The position numbers and the translations under genes were made by a program. The notes under the pieces are model-generated. The model had not been told where the DNA came from. It saw nothing but the letters and a program-made list of their open reading frames with translations, and searched no databases. Positions 47,043 through 54,406 of a stretch of DNA of 64,000 nucleotides are shown piece after piece (the stretch's first letter is position 1; each line of letters opens with the position of its first letter). The stretch is from contig JBLIRG010000002.1 of assembly GCA_049472195.1 (NCBI GenBank), positions 5,184-69,183 on the forward strand, given 5' to 3'. This DNA comes from Thermoplasmatota archaeon (GTDB taxonomy: Archaea; Thermoplasmatota; Penumbrarchaeia; Penumbrarchaeales; Penumbrarchaeaceae).

Positions 47043-50000
47043 ATGGCGAAATCAATGAGTTTTCAAAAGAAGGTAAAATTTGTAATGGTGCCGGTTCTGA
47101 TGGCGATCATTCTTGCCGTTCCCGCATTTCAGGCGGGATCGGGGATTGATGAGGATCCCGTTCCGACCCGGGATGATGATGAGGATAACGAGATGTTCAC
47201 CGGATCCGTTGACCTGGGCGCGATGTCCATGGAGCAGTACATCAGCGGTGAGGAGAAATACGACAACTTCGGGTATTCCATGGCCAAGGGAGATATCAAC
47301 GGCGATGATCTCGAGGATATCATTATCGGTGCTCCCGGTTTTAACGGGTCCAGGGGCGGCGTTTTCGTGTTTTACGGCGGATCCAAGGGCAGGGAGATGT
47401 CCTACGAGGATGCCGATGTCGTCATCGACCATCATGAAGATTACACCTATTTCGGCCTGAATGTCGAGGTGGGCGACGTGGACGGCGACGGGAACCTGGA
47501 CATTCTTGCCTCGGGTTACACGGACGATCAGCTCGGCCCGGGACCTCTTGTCGAGTATCCCAAGGTATTTCTGTTCCTTGGAAAGAACGGGTGGGCCCAC
47601 AACATCTCCACGGCGGAAGCCGATACGGTGTATATAGGCAGCGATCCGACAACCTTTTTCGGCTACAAGATCGGGCTCGGCGACGTCACCAGCGACGGCT
47701 ACGACGATGTGGTGGTCACCGAGATAGAGGCGGGAGCCGTTGCCGGATCGATGGGCAGCGGTATTGATTACGATACGAATATCGCCCTTGATGCCACGGC
47801 ATCACACAGCGGAGGGGGATCAGGAGTCTGGGGCCCCGATCGTCTGAACAACGGTGATTACACGGGTGTTTACAACGACTGCTGGACTTCAGGAGGCGGA
47901 TGGGTTGAATTGGTATGGGAGGACGAGGTCCAGGTCGCTGCGATGACCGTACTTTACACCAGGTACCGCACTCTCTCAGCATCCTATTGCCTGGATAGAT
48001 GTGATGTCAAATGGTGGGACGGATCCGCCTGGCAGCTGGATCACCAATACCGCACCAGTGCGGAAACCGGAGGTGTAGCCGGTACCGTCCATGACAACTA
48101 TATCAATATGACCGAACCCAGGAAGACCACCAGGGTGAGGCTGGAAAATATGAATTCCGGGTCAAACATCATGATCCAGGAGTGGCTCGTGTTCGGGGGC
48201 GGCGGATCGAAAGCATATGTTGGATCACCCAACGGCACGATGTATATATTCGAAGGCGGTCCGATCCTTCAGAGCTCATACAATGTATCTCTGGGCGCCA
48301 ATCCCGGCGGATACGATCACTTCATCAACAATACCGCCAACAACTCCGGTTTCGCAACCACGGATCTGGATCTCGGCGACATCAACGGCGACGGCTACGA
48401 GGATATCCTGATCGGCTCCGGCGGCATTCAGTACGAGGGTATCGAGTCCGGTTCGGTCCAGGTGATCCTCGGAGGAGCGAACCTTCCCAAGATGATAGAT
48501 CTGTACACCTATTCCCATCTTAACATAACGTCCTTCCCCGGATACAGGTTGTCGTATGTGACCCATGCCGACATCACCGGAGACGGGATCCAGGACCTGA
48601 TCGTTGTAGCCCCCGGCGCTTTCTTCGACAAGACTGGCGGCATATTCGCGTATAAAGGTAAGAAGGTCATGCCCACGGGCCAGATGACCATTCTCAATTA
48701 CGATTTCATGATCCGGGGCCCCCGTGAGGATTGGGAGTTCAATGTGGAGGGAGCTGGTGATCTCGACGGTGACGGTAAGGAGGATCTCTGGATCCGATCC
48801 GGCAACGGCGAGAAGACCGGCGGCGGCGGAATCTATTACCTTCTGTATATGAAGGAGGTTGCGAAGCTTCCGGATCCGACCGTGTACAATATGAAGTTCG
48901 AGACGCCTACGTTCAAGGTTGTTGCTCCCAAGGGCAAGAGCAGTTTCGGATCGTTTTTGCGCAATGGTCTCATGACCCTTGATTTCAACAACGACGATCT
49001 TGAGGAGATCGTGCTGTGTGATTACGACGGCAGTTTCCAGGGTAAACCCACCGAGTCCGGTCTTGTGTCGGTTTATTATCCCCAGGTGAGCGAGATATTG
49101 GTAGAGAAGTTCGAGCTGACCGATCCGGACGGCATCGATGAATACATTGTTGGAGCGGAGAAGGTCTATCATTTCCAGGGTTCCGTTTTGAATACCTGGT
49201 CTTACGGTGATATAAAATCGATGGACCTCAAGTTCCACATGCACGGGACCGGTTACGACGGCCAGTCTTTGGACATATCCTGGAATATGGAGATGATGAA
49301 TCTTGTGGAGCGCAATGATCTTGAGGATTTCATCAACATCGAATCCAGCAGTGTTGTTCAGACGAGCAATTACGGTTTGGATTTCTATCTTAATTTGAGT
49401 TTCAATTCCCATTATCCTCTTGAGGATGCGCTTGATGTCGGTTTGTATGTTGACAGCCACAAGGGAGATCTTTTGATGTCGAAGGTTCTTCCTGGTCTTT
49501 TCCGTGTGGAGGTTGACGTTGATTTCTTCGGTGAGCTTACGGTGAGTGCCGAGAAGAACGGCGTTCTTGCCCGCGGTTCCTATGTTCAGCCCAATGAGAA
49601 GATCGTTGTGACGGGTATTCGTGCTGTTTATGAGGGTACACTGGTGTCTCCTCCGAATACATATTTCTCGATAAAGATGGAGGACAATCTGGGCAACATC
49701 TTCCTGAATCAGAGTTCATCCGGTCTGGATATCTACTTCACGTATCGAACCCAGCCTATGGCGGGCCGGGAGGAGGTGAAGATCTCTATTGTTGATCTCA
49801 AGCAGGGTGTTGATGACATGTCTGGTCAGCCTGATTTCTATTATATTGTCGACACCGATCTTCCCCCTGCTCCGGAGGGTTTGACCGTTCATGCTGATTC
49901 TGATGTTGATCCTTTGATGGGTTACGATAACGATCCCGATGTTTGGGTGTTGTGGAATCCGACCCAGGATGCGACTTCCGAGATAATCGGTTACATGTAT

Positions 50001-51860
50001 AGTATGGAGGATGCGGGTGGTACGGATATGGGTACATTCACCCAGAATACTTTTGTTGAGGTTCATGATCTTCAGGAGGGCTGGAACACGATCTATGTCT
50101 GGAGCGTTGATTCTGCCCAGAACTACGGTCTTTCGTCCGATGTTTCCGTTTATTATGACACGGAGATGCCCATGTTCGCTTTGTCGAATCCCAAGCCTGG
50201 TTCCTGGATAAACACCAATCTGATCAATTACGAGATGTTCATCTTCGACAACGGTCAGTCTGGTGTACGCGGCAGTTCGATCGAGTATACGGTTTCCAAT
50301 GACGGCGGCAAGACGTATGGTGCCTGGGAGCCGACCAATATTCGCAGGAACGGTGATCAGATCACCGTCAAGCTGTTCATCAATTTCCGTGAGGGCGAGG
50401 ACAATTTCATCAAATGGCGTGCGATGGACGTTGCCGGGAACGGTTATGCCGTGTCTGATCCTTACCAGATCAAGGTTGATACGGTTCCGATAACTTTCCG
50501 TTCCGCCACTCCTTCCGATGCCCAGGATGTGAATTACGTGAAGCTTGGCATCACTCTTGGTGACAGCGGTTCGGGTGTTGATGCCGGTACGATTCAGTAT
50601 CAGTTGTCTCATGACGGTGTATCCAATTACGGTCCCTGGGAGTCCATGGGTCTGTCTGGTTCCTACGAGAGCATCACTGTTGAGACCCCTCCGATCTATT
50701 TTGAGAAGGACACTCAGAATTACGTGAAGTGGCGGGCCAAGGATATTGCCGGCAACGGTTTCACCTATTCGACTGATATTCTGATTGATATCAATCCCGA
50801 GGTAGTGAATGGTGATCCTGTTCCGATCATCTCGAATCCCGTGAGCGGTGATACGATATTGGAGAGTTCCAGGATCGTGTTTGATGGTTCGGAGAGCCTT
50901 GATCCCGATGGTGATGAGGTGAAGTATTTGTGGTATTCCGACAAGGATGGTTATCTTGGCACTGATCCTGTTATTGAGAGGTATCTTTCTGCCAACAGCC
51001 ATCGTATCACTCTTCATCTTGATGACGGTCTTTCGAATCGTTCCATCACGGTTGACATCAATGTTCTTCGTGATTACAATGCGATTGACACCGACAAGGA
51101 CGGCATTCCCGATTTCATTGATGATGATGACGACAATGATGGTTTGTTGGATTCTCAGGAGGATCTGAATAACAACGGTGTGTTTGATTATCTTCTCAAT
51201 GAGACGGATATGCGTAAGTGGGATACCGATGGTGATGGTGCGAGTGATTTCCATGATGCTCTTCCTCTTGATCCCGATAATTATGTGAAGGAGAATGAGG
51301 ATGAGATTCCGTGGTGGGTTCTTTTGATCATCGTTCTTGCGATCATCGTGTCCATAGTGATCATCATTCTGTTTGCGGTGTTGAAGATGCGCAGTGATCG
51401 TGAGCGTATTGAGGCTGCTCGTTCTCTTAGGCGTAAGAGGAAGTCCTTGAAGCGTTATGAGGTTCTGACGGGTATTCCGACGAATGATCTTCCTGCCATT
51501 GAGGCGATTCAGTGGGCTTTGCCAGGTGTGATCAGTGAGGCTTCGGAGTTTGTGTTGGAGCCTGCCCCCACTGATGATCTTCTTCCTCCCAAGCCTGAGG
51601 AGGAGTTTGTTCCTCCTGCTGATATGGGTGGCAAGCCTGATCTTGAGGATCTTGAGGTTCCCGCTCCTGATGTGGATGTTCCTTTTGCTGCTGATTCTGT
51701 TCATCAGGAGCCTCCATCGGAGCCTGTGTCTGGTGAGTCTGTTCCGTCTCCGTCTGGTGCCCGTGTGATCAACTGTTCTCTTTGCGGTTCTGAGGTTCCT
51801 GTTGATGACGGTGCGTCCACTGCTGAGTGTCCTCTTTGCGGTGAGATAATCAATCTTTGA
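47043..51860 (+). CDS. Integrin-alpha-like surface receptor, paralog 3: 7 FG-GAP repeats with an inserted discoidin-like domain, Ig/Fn3 stalk, PKD-like unit, TSP3-like repeats, TM, acidic Pro-rich tail and Zn ribbon
   Basis: Blades GDINGDD, GDVDGDG, GDVTSDG, GDINGDG, ADITGDG, GDLDGDG and LDFNNDD. Stalk motif HADSDVD...DND. RYEVLTGI and CSLCG..ECPLCG. GGGGTG SD before ATG 47043. Confidence 0.88.
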   Translation: MAKSMSFQKKVKFVMVPVLMAIILAVPAFQAGSGIDEDPVPTRDDDEDNEMFTGSVDLGAMSMEQYISGEEKYDNFGYSMAKGDINGDDLEDIIIGAPGFNGSRGGVFVFYGGSKGREMSYEDADVVIDHHEDYTYFGLNVEVGDVDGDGNLDILASGYTDDQLGPGPLVEYPKVFLFLGKNGWAHNISTAEADTVYIGSDPTTFFGYKIGLGDVTSDGYDDVVVTEIEAGAVAGSMGSGIDYDTNIALDATASHSGGGSGVWGPDRLNNGDYTGVYNDCWTSGGGWVELVWEDEVQVAAMTVLYTRYRTLSASYCLDRCDVKWWDGSAWQLDHQYRTSAETGGVAGTVHDNYINMTEPRKTTRVRLENMNSGSNIMIQEWLVFGGGGSKAYVGSPNGTMYIFEGGPILQSSYNVSLGANPGGYDHFINNTANNSGFATTDLDLGDINGDGYEDILIGSGGIQYEGIESGSVQVILGGANLPKMIDLYTYSHLNITSFPGYRLSYVTHADITGDGIQDLIVVAPGAFFDKTGGIFAYKGKKVMPTGQMTILNYDFMIRGPREDWEFNVEGAGDLDGDGKEDLWIRSGNGEKTGGGGIYYLLYMKEVAKLPDPTVYNMKFETPTFKVVAPKGKSSFGSFLRNGLMTLDFNNDDLEEIVLCDYDGSFQGKPTESGLVSVYYPQVSEILVEKFELTDPDGIDEYIVGAEKVYHFQGSVLNTWSYGDIKSMDLKFHMHGTGYDGQSLDISWNMEMMNLVERNDLEDFINIESSSVVQTSNYGLDFYLNLSFNSHYPLEDALDVGLYVDSHKGDLLMSKVLPGLFRVEVDVDFFGELTVSAEKNGVLARGSYVQPNEKIVVTGIRAVYEGTLVSPPNTYFSIKMEDNLGNIFLNQSSSGLDIYFTYRTQPMAGREEVKISIVDLKQGVDDMSGQPDFYYIVDTDLPPAPEGLTVHADSDVDPLMGYDNDPDVWVLWNPTQDATSEIIGYMYSMEDAGGTDMGTFTQNTFVEVHDLQEGWNTIYVWSVDSAQNYGLSSDVSVYYDTEMPMFALSNPKPGSWINTNLINYEMFIFDNGQSGVRGSSIEYTVSNDGGKTYGAWEPTNIRRNGDQITVKLFINFREGEDNFIKWRAMDVAGNGYAVSDPYQIKVDTVPITFRSATPSDAQDVNYVKLGITLGDSGSGVDAGTIQYQLSHDGVSNYGPWESMGLSGSYESITVETPPIYFEKDTQNYVKWRAKDIAGNGFTYSTDILIDINPEVVNGDPVPIISNPVSGDTILESSRIVFDGSESLDPDGDEVKYLWYSDKDGYLGTDPVIERYLSANSHRITLHLDDGLSNRSITVDINVLRDYNAIDTDKDGIPDFIDDDDDNDGLLDSQEDLNNNGVFDYLLNETDMRKWDTDGDGASDFHDALPLDPDNYVKENEDEIPWWVLLIIVLAIIVSIVIIILFAVLKMRSDRERIEAARSLRRKRKSLKRYEVLTGIPTNDLPAIEAIQWALPGVISEASEFVLEPAPTDDLLPPKPEEEFVPPADMGGKPDLEDLEVPAPDVDVPFAADSVHQEPPSEPVSGESVPSPSGARVINCSLCGSEVPVDDGASTAECPLCGEIINL

Positions 51861-51880
51861 GCGTATGCATGATGTGTTTG

Positions 51881-51918
51881 GGCGGTTCCCGTTTATCGGG
51901 AGCTGCCTTTTTTTTTTT
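51881..51918 (+). terminator. 11-bp hairpin plus U11 terminator after paralog 3
   Basis: ggcggttcccg (51881-51891) pairs with cgggagctgcc (51897-51907) using two G-U pairs; T11 at 51908-51918. Confidence 0.8.
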
Positions 51919-52024
51919 CTGTTTTTATTCAAATTGATAGGTTGATCTATTCATTTTCGTTCAGGTAATTTCGACCAGTGGTTTCATATTGGCGGAGTTG
52001 ACTTACCCCTCGGTGAAGATCAAG

Positions 52025-53818
52025 ATGCCCGGGAATGTGAAACTGCCCGATAGGAGCGATGTACCGTTGGAGCATCGATGGGATCTCTCAAACTTGTACA
52101 GTAACGATGATCTGTGGGAGAAGGATCTGAAGAAGGTTGAGGGATCCATTCCCCGGATTTTAAAATTCAGGGGAAGATTGGCCGGATCGATCGATGATCT
52201 GTCTGACTGTTTGAGATACATCGATGACCTCTCCCGGCTGATGGAGAAGGTTTACAACTATTCCCATCTCCGTCATGACGAGAATACCGCTGATACGAAT
52301 TACCAGGGTATGGACGATCGTGCAAAGAGGATGTTGGTGAATGTCGATACGGCCATGTCGTTCATGGTCCCTGAGATCCTGTCCATGAAAAAGGAGGATC
52401 TGGTCAAGCTTCTGGAGGAACCGAAACTCCGCTTTGCCTACGTTCCCCTCCGTGAGATCATCCGGAAGAAGGATCACTTTCTTTCCGAAAAGGAGGAAAG
52501 GATCATGTCAATGGCGGAGGAACCCCTGGAATCTCCGTCGAAGATCTTTCGAATGCTCAACGATGCGGATCTGAAATTTCCGAATATCACGGACAGGTCG
52601 GGAAACGAGGTGGAGATTACCCACGGCAGGTTCATCGGTTTCATGATGGACCAGGACAGAAATATCAGAGAAGATGCATTTCGCGGTTTCTATTCCAGCT
52701 ACACCGCACATAAAAACACATACTGCGCCGCTCTAGAAGGGGATTTCAAGAAGAGAGTGTTCAGATCAAGGATCAGGAATTACTCATCGTCACTCGAGGC
52801 ATCCCTTGACAGCGATGAGGTAACACCGGAGGTTTACACCGGTCTGATCGATGCGGTAAGAGAGAAACTTCCGGCCATGTACAAATATGTTCAGCTCCGG
52901 AAGAGATCGCTGGGACTGGACAGGCTTCATATGTGGGATGTATACGCTCCCCTGGTAAAGGATTTTGAAAAAGAGGTCACGTTCGACGAAGCGTCGGAAA
53001 TAGTTATCTCTGCTCTGGAACCGCTCGGGGAGGAGGTCCAGGATATCATCAAGGAAGGTCTGTCCGGGAGGTGGATAGACAGGTTCGAGAACAGGGGAAA
53101 GAGAAGCGGGGCTTACTCGTCCGGATGTTACGATTCCCCCCCTTATATCCTTATGAATTACGATAACAAGGTCAAGGACCTGTTCACCCTGGCCCATGAA
53201 ATGGGACATTCCGTCCACACATTCCTTTCGAACAGGAACCAGCCCCATATGACGGCGGACTACAGGATATTCGTAGCCGAGGTGGCATCCACCGTGAACG
53301 AGATCCTCCTCATGAATTATCTCAGAGGCAAATGGACCAGTATGGAGGAGAGGACCTTCCTCGTCAATCATCATCTGGAAGGGTTCAAGGGAACCGTGTT
53401 CAGGCAGACGATGTTTGCCGAATTCGAGAGGGATGTGAGCGTTATGGTGGAGAATGGGATACCCCTCACGCCCGATTCGCTCTGTGAACTTTACGGAAAG
53501 CTAAACGGAGATTATTTCGGACCCGATGTGGAGCTCGATGAGGAGATCAGAATGGAATGGGCCAGGATACCCCACTTTTACTATAATTTCTACGTTTACA
53601 AATATGCCACCGGTTATTCCAGCGCAACCGCCATTGCCAGGAGAATTCTCGAGGGGGGGGACCTCGAAAATTATCTGGCCATGCTCAAGGCAGGTGGTTC
53701 CAAACCTCCGCTGGAGCTGCTCAAGGGAGCCGGTGTTGATCTTGCCACACCGGAACCCGTTAGATCGGCATTGGAGGTATTCTCCGATCTCGTGGACGAG
53801 ATGGACGGCCTGATTTGA
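52025..53818 (+). CDS. pepF: Oligoendopeptidase F (M3B)
   Basis: WDLSNLY, GKRSGAYS, PYILMNY, TLAHEMGHSVH, FVAEVAS and WARIPHFYYNFYVYKYATG motifs. Confidence 0.94.
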   Translation: MPGNVKLPDRSDVPLEHRWDLSNLYSNDDLWEKDLKKVEGSIPRILKFRGRLAGSIDDLSDCLRYIDDLSRLMEKVYNYSHLRHDENTADTNYQGMDDRAKRMLVNVDTAMSFMVPEILSMKKEDLVKLLEEPKLRFAYVPLREIIRKKDHFLSEKEERIMSMAEEPLESPSKIFRMLNDADLKFPNITDRSGNEVEITHGRFIGFMMDQDRNIREDAFRGFYSSYTAHKNTYCAALEGDFKKRVFRSRIRNYSSSLEASLDSDEVTPEVYTGLIDAVREKLPAMYKYVQLRKRSLGLDRLHMWDVYAPLVKDFEKEVTFDEASEIVISALEPLGEEVQDIIKEGLSGRWIDRFENRGKRSGAYSSGCYDSPPYILMNYDNKVKDLFTLAHEMGHSVHTFLSNRNQPHMTADYRIFVAEVASTVNEILLMNYLRGKWTSMEERTFLVNHHLEGFKGTVFRQTMFAEFERDVSVMVENGIPLTPDSLCELYGKLNGDYFGPDVELDEEIRMEWARIPHFYYNFYVYKYATGYSSATAIARRILEGGDLENYLAMLKAGGSKPPLELLKGAGVDLATPEPVRSALEVFSDLVDEMDGLI

Positions 53819-54141
53819 TCATTCGGGTTCATGTCTTTCCCATCTCTCAAGCGCCCGGGCAAGTTCACCTGAGGACATGTCTCTCTCCTCCAGCAGGATC
53901 CCGTCCATCACTCCATCGATGGCATACATGACCGCTTTTATCCCTACTCTGGTTCCGTCAGGATGACCTTATATTCCCCAGCTAACCGGCGGACCCGGAT
54001 CGGATCCAGATATATCGACAACCCTGGGATCAGACCTTGATGGAGCTATCCGGATGATACTGGGAAAGCGTTCATGATACGGTCCCAGACCTGTTCCGGG
54101 TATAGATACCACGATTATAGGTTCCGATCAGGTCAGAAGGT

Positions 54142-54357
54142 ATGAAATATGCGCAAAGGGGAAATACGAGAACGTGATATGAGCGCCTGTCGGAACGGTT
54201 GGAAATAAGATGAAAACTGCGCAAAGGGTGCGCACGAGAGAGACTGAAACGACGGAGAAATATGTAAAACCGCACGGCCAGGACGGGATGTTGAGGATCC
54301 GGGATGGATCCCCCGGCGCGATGAAGAGATGATAAGGATGCCGCGCCGATGCCGTGC
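54142..54357 (+). promoter_or_regulatory. Structured 5' leader of pnp: imperfect 30-nt direct repeat plus a three-stem junction
   Basis: Repeats at 54142-54171 and 54210-54239 (23/30 identical). Stems are 54272-54278/54351-54357, 54295-54300/54306-54311 and 54314-54320/54342-54348. Confidence 0.45.
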
Positions 54358-54406
54358 ATGTGAATGAGGGGTCGGGGAAAACGGCCAAATAAACAGAGGG
54401 AATCGC

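Noticed and set aside
46705-47058. 117-aa ORF upstream of paralog 3
   Set aside because: TTG start without a clear SD, AT-rich atypical codons, overlap with the paralog start and no motif. Likely non-coding.
49716-51932. 738-aa minus-strand ORF (also 48276-49460)
   Set aside because: Antisense shadow of paralog 3. Its N/I/T/R/K-rich composition is the mirror of T-ending sense codons.
53969-53971. Stop-codon recoding (Sec/Pyl) in the small minus-strand frame
   Set aside because: The codon is TAA, not TGA or TAG, and no SECIS-like element was recognised.
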